From Candidatus Hermodarchaeota archaeon (GTDB lineage: Archaea; Asgardarchaeota; Lokiarchaeia; Sigyniarchaeales; SOKP01), in the NCBI GenBank assembly GCA_048885525.1, contig JBHLLP010000066.1, positions 1 through 13,414 on the forward strand: a DNA stretch of 13,414 nt, given 5' to 3'. How positions within the stretch are numbered: the stretch's first letter is position 1; the number at the start of each line of letters is the position of its first letter. The translations under genes and the position numbers were made by a program. Below the pieces are notes generated by a model, which saw only the letters and a program-made list of their open reading frames with translations, had not been told where the DNA came from and searched no databases. Shown piece after piece: positions 1-7,664 of this stretch.

Positions 1-2
1 TC

Positions 3-896
3 GAATTGGGAGCTGAAGTAATAGGGATCGATAATCTTTTTAGTGGAAGATTAGATAATTTGGAAGACGCCTTAAAGAATAAAAATTTTGATTTTCAAAA
101 AGGAGATATAAGAGATCTAAACTTTCTTTTAGATCTCTTTGAAGATATTGATATTATATTTCATGAGGCTTCCTTTGTTAGTGTTCCACAATCTGTAAAA
201 ATGCCTTACTCTTGTAATGACTTTAATGTAAATGGGATTCTAAATATATTAAACGCAGCTAGAAAAAAGGATGTTGAAAAGATTATATTTGCTTCGAGTG
301 CTTCTGTGTATGGTGACACACCCACCTTACCTAAAACAGAAGATATGCCAAGATTACCATTATCTCCTTATGGCGTATCAAAGTTGGCTTGCGAAGCTTA
401 TATCCAATCTTATCATCATGTTTATGGATTAGATGCATCTTGTTTAAGATATTTTAATATATATGGTCCGAGGCAAAGAGATTCTCCTTATAGTGGCGTT
501 ATTGCGATATGGTTAGGTAGAATTATTAGAAATGAAGATTTAATTATATTTGGAGATGGTAAGAATATAAGAGATTTTACTTATGTTAAAGATGTTGTTC
601 AAGCAAATTTATTAGCTGCTCAAAATGATATTGGTGGTGAAATCTTAAATATTGCTTGTGGATCTCCAATCACATTGACAGATCTTGCTAAATTAATGTT
701 AAAATTAGCTAATAAAGAAAATCTTAAAATTAAATATGCTGATCCTCGACCAGGGGATATATTACATAGTTATGGAGATGTCTCAAAAGCGAAACAAATA
801 ATAGGTTTTGAAGCAAAATTCAATCAAGAAGAGGGTCTTCGCGATTATTTTTTATGGTATCGTAAAAATTATGGTGTAGATTTGCAAGTAAATTGA
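3..896 (+). CDS. NAD-dependent epimerase/dehydratase (extended SDR; UDP-glucose/UDP-GlcNAc 4-epimerase-like), 5'-truncated by window edge
   Basis: Translation shows IGIDNL, GDIRD, FASSASVYG, catalytic YGVSK (YxxxK), LRYFNIYGPRQ, FGDGKNIRDFTYVKDVVQAN and RPGDI. The N-terminal GxxGxxG motif is absent and the frame is open to the window start (GAA at 3-5), so TTG at 6 is not the true start. Confidence 0.93.
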   Translation, partial: ELGAEVIGIDNLFSGRLDNLEDALKNKNFDFQKGDIRDLNFLLDLFEDIDIIFHEASFVSVPQSVKMPYSCNDFNVNGILNILNAARKKDVEKIIFASSASVYGDTPTLPKTEDMPRLPLSPYGVSKLACEAYIQSYHHVYGLDASCLRYFNIYGPRQRDSPYSGVIAIWLGRIIRNEDLIIFGDGKNIRDFTYVKDVVQANLLAAQNDIGGEILNIACGSPITLTDLAKLMLKLANKENLKIKYADPRPGDILHSYGDVSKAKQIIGFEAKFNQEEGLRDYFLWYRKNYGVDLQVN

Positions 897-1030
897 AAAT
901 CTTGGCAGTTTTTGAAAAATATTGCTATTTTCTTTTAGTAAGATTTAAAATTTGAAGAATATCCCATTTGAGAATAAAATTTTAATTAATACAATTTTTA
1001 ACTAATTTAAAAATAGTTTTTCAGATCTTA

Positions 1031-1993
1031 ATGATAAAAAATAAGAATGTAGTAATTACTGGGGGAGCAGGTTTTATAGGTTCTCATCTTTTTGAAAGAT
1101 TAATTGAGAGTGACAATTTTGCAATAATCATAGATAATTATAGCAGTCCGTATTCTGAAAATGAAAAGATCATTTCAGATATAACAAAAAATTATGAAAT
1201 TGATAAAGAATATGATCTTCTAAAAATGGATTTAGTGGAGGATTCAACTTTTACAAAGATCGATTACGATATTGATATTATTTTCCATTTAGCAGCCATA
1301 CCGGGAGTTCGTTATTCTATTAAGAATGCGGTAAAAGTTACAGATAATAATATTATCAGCACAGTGAATATCTTTAAAAATGCTTTAAATAGGAACGTGA
1401 AAAAAGTAGTTTTTGCTTCATCATCCTCTATATATGGAAATCCACTTTATACTCCTGTGGATGAAAATCATCCAAAAAATCCAATATCTCCATATGCGGT
1501 TTCGAAATTATGTTGTGAACTTTATGCAGATTATTATTATAGAGAATTTGATTTACCTGTAACCTCACTTAGGTTTTATACCGTATATGGACCAAGAGGA
1601 AGATCTGATATGGCAATTAGAATATTTATAGATAATATACTGCACAACAGACCAATAAAGGTATTTGGTAATGGAGAACAGATTAGAGATTTTACATATA
1701 TTTCAGATATTGTTGATGGTTTAATTTTAGCAGCAGAAATTGATCAATCTTCTGGTGAAGTTTTCAATTTAGGATGCTCAAATCCAGTAAGTATAAATCA
1801 ATTAGTTGATAAAATGTATAAGATTGCAAAGAAACCTAAAAATGTTCAATACTATGACAGGCAGAAAGGAGATGTAGAAATCACACATTCTAATATAGAT
1901 AAGGCTAAGAAAGTGCTAAATTTTGAACCCAAAGTTAATATAGATGATGGATTACCAAAAGCATACGAATGGCAACTTAATATTTCGGAATAA
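1031..1993 (+). CDS. NAD-dependent epimerase/dehydratase, UDP-glucuronate 4-epimerase-like
   Basis: ITGGAGFIGSHL Rossmann motif, HLAAIPGVRYS, FASSSSIYG, YAVSK. RFYTVYGPRGRSDMA matches the RFFTVYGPxGRPDMA signature of the UDP-glucuronate epimerase-like subgroup. Confidence 0.92.
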   Translation: MIKNKNVVITGGAGFIGSHLFERLIESDNFAIIIDNYSSPYSENEKIISDITKNYEIDKEYDLLKMDLVEDSTFTKIDYDIDIIFHLAAIPGVRYSIKNAVKVTDNNIISTVNIFKNALNRNVKKVVFASSSSIYGNPLYTPVDENHPKNPISPYAVSKLCCELYADYYYREFDLPVTSLRFYTVYGPRGRSDMAIRIFIDNILHNRPIKVFGNGEQIRDFTYISDIVDGLILAAEIDQSSGEVFNLGCSNPVSINQLVDKMYKIAKKPKNVQYYDRQKGDVEITHSNIDKAKKVLNFEPKVNIDDGLPKAYEWQLNISE

Positions 1994-2020
1994 ATATAAA
2001 AATTATGAAAATTTTGAGAT

Positions 2021-4273
2021 ATGAGCGACATTAAAATTAAAATTTACAAAATTCTTTTCTATTTAAGAGATAACATTCATCTAATTTTTTTTCTCTCATC
2101 AATTTTATCTCTTGTAATTGTTTTTTTAAATTTAATGGGATTTTCATCAGTCTTATTTCAACCCTTCACTTTACTAAGTACAATTTTTATATATTTATTT
2201 TTACCTACATATCCTATTTTTTACACAATATTTAAAGAGAAGGGTTTTACTATTGCAGAGAAACTTAGTTTAACAATCGTTATTAATTTCGTTTTTTATA
2301 TTCTTATAGGCTATATTGGTTATTTTCTAGGGATTCCTCTCACAGGCTTTTTCTTCTTTTTTTCATTAATATTATGCTATTTTTCTGTTATATCTTATAT
2401 AGCATATCGCGAACTCAAATCAGGAACATATAATTTTTTTAAATCCAAAAAAACTTTTGATGAAAAAAAGAATCAATATAGGAGTTTTTCACTAATTAAA
2501 AAGATTAAAAATTCGATTCCTTTAAATGTACTTTTGTTGATTATTTTTATTTTTTTGATTTGTATTTTAAATATTGTAAGAGTAAGTTATTTTGCAGGTA
2601 CAGATCCATGGAAACATATTTTTAATAGCAGACTAATTACCGAATATCATTATCTACCTCTCGGAAATTACAAGGGAGGGATGGGGTTAAACATTCTTGA
2701 AGCTCTAATTACTTTTTTTTCTGGTTTAGATCATATCATTATTCCGCGATATTTCATATTTTACACTTTTTTCTTATCAAGTTTAATATTTTATAATATA
2801 TCTATGAGGATTTTTAAGAATCTAAATTTAGCTCTATTTAGTGTTTTTCTCTTAGAATTCTCGTCATTAGGATTTTCAATAATGATGATCCAGTATTGGC
2901 CTTCTGGTTTAACCTTAATCATGTGTTTAATGGCGTTTTTCCTTTTATATTTAAGAATGCAGAAATTCATTCAATTAAAGCGTCCAGAGAAGAAAGCTAT
3001 TTTCGAAGATATTTATTTTATTTACTCTTTAGTAGCATTGATTTTCATAAGTGCTTTCCTTACACACGTGATAACTGCAGCAATTTTTTTATTTTCATTT
3101 ATATGGTTATACTTTGTTTATTTCTTAAAAGATTATAAAAGAGGAATTGACCTCTTATTTGTTTTTGGCTTATTTGGAATCTTATTAATCTTGAATTATT
3201 TAGGCATAGGGCGGGATTATGCTAATTTATTTATTCCAATTAACATTTCTTGGTATTTTATAGTAGCAATTGGAATTGCAGGAATCGTATCAGGAGCAAT
3301 CATTTTCTGGAAAATACAAAAATCAATTAATTTTACCAAGGGAAGATATAAATCAACAATAATAGGGAAGACAAATAAAATTTATAAGAAAATAGAGGAT
3401 AAAATAATAATTCCTCTTATTTTTAGTATAGTAATTTTATTAACAATTATTATATTAATAATAAATATTTTATTGTTTAATCTCGAAACTATCAATATAA
3501 TAAACATCACTGAAATCATACTTTTTAGTTTTTTTGCATTCTGGGGATTAATTATTTTTCAAAAAAAGCCAAAAGGTAAAGTCTTATTTATTTGGGGTGC
3601 ATTTTTTGTAGTATTATTAGGAGTAGGGTTTATCCTTAACATATTTTTAATTAATATAATGGTCTGGGAAAGAATTTTATTTCTTATCGCCCCTTTAATT
3701 GTGTTTGGTTTTATTTCATATATTCATAAACTTATAAAGGTAAATTCAATTCAGAGTGTACGTATTAAATTATTCATTTTATTAACAATTGCATTTTCAT
3801 TATTTATTACTTATTTTAATGAATTTGTAAGTATTGAGATTTTTAATACGAAAAATAGAGAAGTAAGCACTCTCCAATGGTATTCAAATAATACTCATAA
3901 TCAAAATGTAGTATTTTCTGAATTTGGATGGGGATATGTAATTAATTACTATGATTATCCTTTTAACGATAAAGATGGAGCTCTTCTATACAATGAGAAT
4001 ATCTATATCATACCCACTGAAATAGATTTATTTCCACCGGCTAATCATATTAACGAAAGTGGGATAAATCTATTAAAAGACCTTAAAAATAAATATAAAA
4101 CTGACGTATATATCATCTTCGAGAATGATTATATAATAGATAGAGGTTTTGAATTATTTGGACGTTTAACACAAGAGGAAACAGAACAATATTATAATCT
4201 CGATTATTTAAATAAAATTTGCTCATCGAAAGTCGAAGATGGCACAGAAATACCTCTATATTGGGTTATTTAA
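2021..4273 (+). CDS. Polytopic membrane protein, probable GT-C fold glycosyltransferase (AglB/STT3/PMT-like architecture)
   Basis: 750 aa with many hydrophobic segments. N-terminal LFLPTY...EKLSLTI segment resembles DUF1616-type repeats. GTDPWKH follows a TM helix (D at codon 2603-2605). A soluble C-terminal domain begins TLQWYSNNT...VVFSEFGWG. Lies directly downstream of two sugar epimerases. The CDS is certain; the function is inferred. Confidence 0.6.
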   Translation: MSDIKIKIYKILFYLRDNIHLIFFLSSILSLVIVFLNLMGFSSVLFQPFTLLSTIFIYLFLPTYPIFYTIFKEKGFTIAEKLSLTIVINFVFYILIGYIGYFLGIPLTGFFFFFSLILCYFSVISYIAYRELKSGTYNFFKSKKTFDEKKNQYRSFSLIKKIKNSIPLNVLLLIIFIFLICILNIVRVSYFAGTDPWKHIFNSRLITEYHYLPLGNYKGGMGLNILEALITFFSGLDHIIIPRYFIFYTFFLSSLIFYNISMRIFKNLNLALFSVFLLEFSSLGFSIMMIQYWPSGLTLIMCLMAFFLLYLRMQKFIQLKRPEKKAIFEDIYFIYSLVALIFISAFLTHVITAAIFLFSFIWLYFVYFLKDYKRGIDLLFVFGLFGILLILNYLGIGRDYANLFIPINISWYFIVAIGIAGIVSGAIIFWKIQKSINFTKGRYKSTIIGKTNKIYKKIEDKIIIPLIFSIVILLTIIILIINILLFNLETINIINITEIILFSFFAFWGLIIFQKKPKGKVLFIWGAFFVVLLGVGFILNIFLINIMVWERILFLIAPLIVFGFISYIHKLIKVNSIQSVRIKLFILLTIAFSLFITYFNEFVSIEIFNTKNREVSTLQWYSNNTHNQNVVFSEFGWGYVINYYDYPFNDKDGALLYNENIYIIPTEIDLFPPANHINESGINLLKDLKNKYKTDVYIIFENDYIIDRGFELFGRLTQEETEQYYNLDYLNKICSSKVEDGTEIPLYWVI

Positions 4274-5063
4274 ATATTTCATAATCTCCTAGAAATTTAA
4301 GGTCTTTTTTGCCATTTAAAATCCTATGTTTTTCTCCTTCAATTTTTACTAGTTGTGGAAGTTTACCCGTTTGACCCACTTTATTTTCTCTGGATATGAA
4401 TGTGCCGATGATACCATCAAGATCATCTGCTGCATCTAATCCTTGTTTTATAGATTTTTCAATATCTTCTCCCTTAACTAAATTACATATTTTTGTAGCT
4501 GCAGCATCTGCTAATGCAGCATTTTTTGCAAAGATAGTTACAGCATCAGCTTGCCCTAAACTAATAGCATGGCCTACTGTCGCAGAACTTGTTCCGATAC
4601 CCAGAGGGCAATCTTTCTTTTTTACTAAAAAACCTAAGTTGAGGTTCAATTCATTTTCTCCAGCATAAAGAGCAATTGTTATTGGTTCTTGAGAATCGAG
4701 TGCAATTTCTCCTCCGTTTTCAACCATAGCAATTTTGGGATAAACAAATCCAGATTCTTCACTATTGTCTTTAGTCTTCATAGCTTCAAGCATCAAATCT
4801 GCCAATGCTCCAGCGACAGCAGCCATAGGTCCAACATCACAAACTTCTGCTGTTTCAGCCATAATATTAACAATTTTGAAGTTAGTTATTACCTTTACGG
4901 GACTAAAAGAATTTAAAAAATCTCTATTCTTTGCCACAAATTTTTCTAAATTATTTCGATGGAAATAAAAACTCTTTTTTGCTTGTAAAATTGCTTTCCT
5001 TGAATCAGATATAATTGTAACATCAGATTCTTTTTCCAAAAAACGTGTTTTGTAAGTTTTCAA
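4266..5063 (-). CDS. UPF0280 family protein (ApbE superfamily)
   Basis: Family-typical motifs VGPMAAVAGALAD, VENGGEIAL, GIGTSSATVGHAISLGQADAVT and ALADAAAT. TTG start. Confidence 0.9.
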   Translation of the reverse strand: MKTYKTRFLEKESDVTIISDSRKAILQAKKSFYFHRNNLEKFVAKNRDFLNSFSPVKVITNFKIVNIMAETAEVCDVGPMAAVAGALADLMLEAMKTKDNSEESGFVYPKIAMVENGGEIALDSQEPITIALYAGENELNLNLGFLVKKKDCPLGIGTSSATVGHAISLGQADAVTIFAKNAALADAAATKICNLVKGEDIEKSIKQGLDAADDLDGIIGTFISRENKVGQTGKLPQLVKIEGEKHRILNGKKDLKFLGDYEIFK

Positions 5064-5176
5064 ATCTAATTAAAGGTTAAAATCATTTGTGTTTTAGTAT
5101 TATAATGAGTCTAAGAACTAAACAAATATAAATAAATAGTTTTTCATTATTTATGTAAATACACAATTTCTCAATT

Positions 5177-5668
5177 ATGAGTCAAAATAAATACGAAAAT
5201 ATTATCTCTCAATTAAAATCTGATTTAAATGCTGAGTGTGCTATAGCAAATAAATATGGAATTATATTAGGATCATTAATAAAGGAATTTACGAAAGGAA
5301 AAGTTATACCTCAAGGGATTTTATCTTTGATTTCCAATTCTAAGGACATAGCGAATGAACTTAATTTAAAAAAAATAACATCCTTTGCGTTGGAATCAGA
5401 AAAATATAATTATTTATTCTCATTTAGTGAAGAATTAATACTTATCTCAAAATTAGATTTAAATGTAAATTTAGCAAAGTTTATGCCAAATATTAGTGCT
5501 TTTTTAAAGAAATTAAATCTGAGTATAAATGAAGAAGACATAAAGAATTTTTCTGTCTTCGATTTTTCAAAAGAAATCACAAAGATTGAAGATACTCTAG
5601 AACGAGATAAAATTAGAAAAAATAAATATTCAATTATTAAGGATTTAGTTAAACACATTTCAAATTAA
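5177..5668 (+). CDS. Roadblock/LC7 (MglB/LAMTOR-like) domain protein with C-terminal helical extension
   Basis: The first ~115 aa follow the Roadblock alpha-beta-beta-alpha-beta-beta-beta-alpha pattern (YENIISQLKSDL / CAIANKYGIILGS / ILSLISNSKDIANELNL / SFALESEKYNYLFSF / LILISKLD / NLAKFMPNISAFLKKL). Immediately upstream of a small GTPase gene. Fold assigned by eye. Confidence 0.7.
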   Translation: MSQNKYENIISQLKSDLNAECAIANKYGIILGSLIKEFTKGKVIPQGILSLISNSKDIANELNLKKITSFALESEKYNYLFSFSEELILISKLDLNVNLAKFMPNISAFLKKLNLSINEEDIKNFSVFDFSKEITKIEDTLERDKIRKNKYSIIKDLVKHISN

Positions 5669-5697
5669 GTTTTAAGATTTAAAATTTTGTTTATCAT

Positions 5698-5702
5698 GGT
5701 GA
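5698..5702 (+). promoter_or_regulatory. Putative Shine-Dalgarno motif (GGTGA) for the GTPase gene
   Basis: GGTGA is a common archaeal SD core and lies 6 nt upstream of the in-frame ATT at 5709. Confidence 0.5.
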
Positions 5703-5708
5703 ACGATT

Positions 5709-7622
5709 ATTTTAAGACAAGTATTTGTTTATAGAAGCAATGAACTTTTATATTATAGACATTTTGGGAAAGCTTTAAAACAGGAAGTATTAGATCTTCT
5801 AATAGAAGATATCATTAATGAAGCACTGATTAGGACTGAATCTAATATAGATTTTCATGATTATTACAAATATAGAGTATCTTTCATTACAGATAAGGCA
5901 AATAATCTCATCTTTTTATTTGTGACAAGTTTATCTGATAAATTTGAGAATATAAAAAAAGAATTGGAAAAATGTAGATCTGAATTCTTAAGTTTATTTG
6001 AAGATATTTTACAACATCGGTTTGATACTAAAACTTTCGAGGTCTTTGATCCTACTATCGATTCTATCCATCGGAATTTACGCCCTAAAATATCTCTAGT
6101 TGGATTTTCTGGAGTTGGAAAAACAACAATTACTAAATTAATCAAAGCTGATGAAATTCCAATGCAACATATACCAACAATTACAGGAGATATTGCAACT
6201 ATAAGAATTGGTAAGCTTCACTTTCATTTGTGGGATTTCGCTGGACAAGAACAATTTAGTTATTTATGGAACAATTTTATAAAAGGTAGTGATGCGGTAC
6301 TTTTAATCACTGATTCTTCATTAGAAAATATTGAAAAAAGCAAGTATTTCCTAGATTTAATAAGAGAGCAAGCTCCGAAGGCTCAAGCTGCGGTAATAGG
6401 AAATAAGCAGGACTTAAAAGACGCGCTAAACCCTGTTCAAATTGAAAAGATTTTGGGTTTAAAAACTTACTCTATGATAGCGTTGGACCCAAATAACCGT
6501 GATAAAATGATTCAAATAATTGCTGATATTTTAGAAATGAGTGCAGAAGTTTCTCCTCTATTGAAGCCCCTTCTTGAGAGAGATAAATTAACAGAGGAAG
6601 CAGTCAGAGCTCTTAAGGATGCTGATTTTAATAAAGCAGCCTTTCTATTTGATAAAATTAGTGATTTATGCATAGAATTAGGAGATGATTCCTTAGGGCG
6701 AGAATTTTTTGATAAAGCACAAAAAATTAAAGATATGCTTAAGGAAGTAGGGGCACCTCCACGTACTCCCGCGACACCTATAGAACCCAAAGAAATGACG
6801 CCTCAAGTAAATCTTGAAAAACCTGAAGAACTTAAAGAACACGTTTCTGTTCCAGAACCAAGAATTTCAGATCAAACAATACAATCTAGCATACCACCTC
6901 AAGAAAAACCATCAATTATTACCCAAAAATTACACACTATACAAAAACCGATTGAAGCACCTAAAGTTGAAAAACCTTCAGAAATTTTAACTTCAGAGAG
7001 AAAAGAAGAAATCTCTGAACTAGAGGCTCAAAGTTTTAAACAAGTTGAACCCTCAATAAAACCAGAAATTAAGCAAGAAACTGTTGGTTTAAAGTTGAAC
7101 CCAGAAGATTTTATGGTAAAAGCTACACCAAAATCTGTAAGTTTTGTCCCTAAAGATGCGAAAGATAAATTGAAAATATCACCGTATAGTCAAGTAAAAA
7201 ATGTGGAAGAATCTAAAGCCTCTGTAGCTGTATCACCATTCAAAATATTAGATAAAAAAACACCTTCAATTCCTCCTTCACCAAAATTACCTGAAATTCC
7301 AAGAGGGCCGCTTGAATCTAAAGAAATAAAAGCTACTCCACAAATTAGTGAAGTAACAAAAGTATCTACACCAATAAAAAGTGAAATTCCAAAAAAACCT
7401 GCTTCAATTGAAACATATCAAAAAGATAATATAAATAAATCATTACTTGATTTAAAAATAAGAAAAGCAAGTATTTCTAAAATGCTTATAGAGCTTGATA
7501 TGAAAGAACTCACGGGGGAAATTACAGCTGAAGAAGCTAGGGAAAAAAAAAAGAAAATTGACTTATTGGTTAATAAAATTGATGGGCAAATCCAAGAATT
7601 ACAAAAGCTTTTAAATGATTAG
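5709..7622 (+). CDS. Multidomain small GTPase: N-terminal longin-like domain + Arf-like G domain + helical bundle + Pro/Glu/Lys-rich linker + C-terminal coiled-coil/SHOCT-like hairpin (~637 aa; ORF track start 5922 is probably internal)
   Basis: G1 GFSGVGKT (6102-6125), G2 HIPTIT, G3 WDFAGQ (6231-6248), G4 NKQD (6402-6413), plus Arf-like LWNNFIKGSDAVLLITDS. The frame is open from 5703 (after TGA at 5700-5702) and reads ILRQVFVYRSNELLYYRHFGKALKQEVLDLLIEDIINEALIRTESNIDFHDYYKYRVSFITDKANNLIFLF into the called V/M at 5922. The GTPase call is firm; the exact start is inferred. Confidence 0.85.
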   Translation: MLRQVFVYRSNELLYYRHFGKALKQEVLDLLIEDIINEALIRTESNIDFHDYYKYRVSFITDKANNLIFLFVTSLSDKFENIKKELEKCRSEFLSLFEDILQHRFDTKTFEVFDPTIDSIHRNLRPKISLVGFSGVGKTTITKLIKADEIPMQHIPTITGDIATIRIGKLHFHLWDFAGQEQFSYLWNNFIKGSDAVLLITDSSLENIEKSKYFLDLIREQAPKAQAAVIGNKQDLKDALNPVQIEKILGLKTYSMIALDPNNRDKMIQIIADILEMSAEVSPLLKPLLERDKLTEEAVRALKDADFNKAAFLFDKISDLCIELGDDSLGREFFDKAQKIKDMLKEVGAPPRTPATPIEPKEMTPQVNLEKPEELKEHVSVPEPRISDQTIQSSIPPQEKPSIITQKLHTIQKPIEAPKVEKPSEILTSERKEEISELEAQSFKQVEPSIKPEIKQETVGLKLNPEDFMVKATPKSVSFVPKDAKDKLKISPYSQVKNVEESKASVAVSPFKILDKKTPSIPPSPKLPEIPRGPLESKEIKATPQISEVTKVSTPIKSEIPKKPASIETYQKDNINKSLLDLKIRKASISKMLIELDMKELTGEITAEEAREKKKKIDLLVNKIDGQIQELQKLLND

Positions 7623-7664
7623 GCTCAATTGAAATTAATTTAATTTACATTTAGAGCCAAAAAA

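Noticed and set aside
2896-3138. 80-aa alternative-frame ORF inside the membrane protein gene
   Set aside because: Fully nested in a longer convincing CDS, with no recognisable motif.
4396-4968. Three + strand ORFs (4396-4668, 4689-4916, 4765-4968)
   Set aside because: Antisense shadows of the well-supported UPF0280 gene.
5064-5176. Specific TATA boxes in the divergent UPF0280/Roadblock gap (e.g. TATAAATA at 5127-5134)
   Set aside because: Promoters must lie here, but several AT-rich candidates exist and none can be singled out.
5922-5924. GTG start of the GTPase as given in the ORF track
   Set aside because: It falls inside a hydrophobic beta-strand (LIFLFVT), has no SD-like motif, and 73 further sense codons lie upstream in frame.
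5410-6790. Minus-strand ORFs 5410-5658, 5864-6145 and 6512-6790
   Set aside because: Antisense shadows of the Roadblock and GTPase genes, with no motifs.
6744-7425. Tandem repeats within the Pro/Glu/Lys-rich linker (recurring EKP, IKPEI/IKSEI)
   Set aside because: Low-complexity composition without a regular repeat unit at the DNA level.
7543-7552. A10 homopolymer as a possible phase-variation or slippage site
   Set aside because: It encodes in-frame EKKK within a coherent helical domain; A-runs are expected at this base composition.
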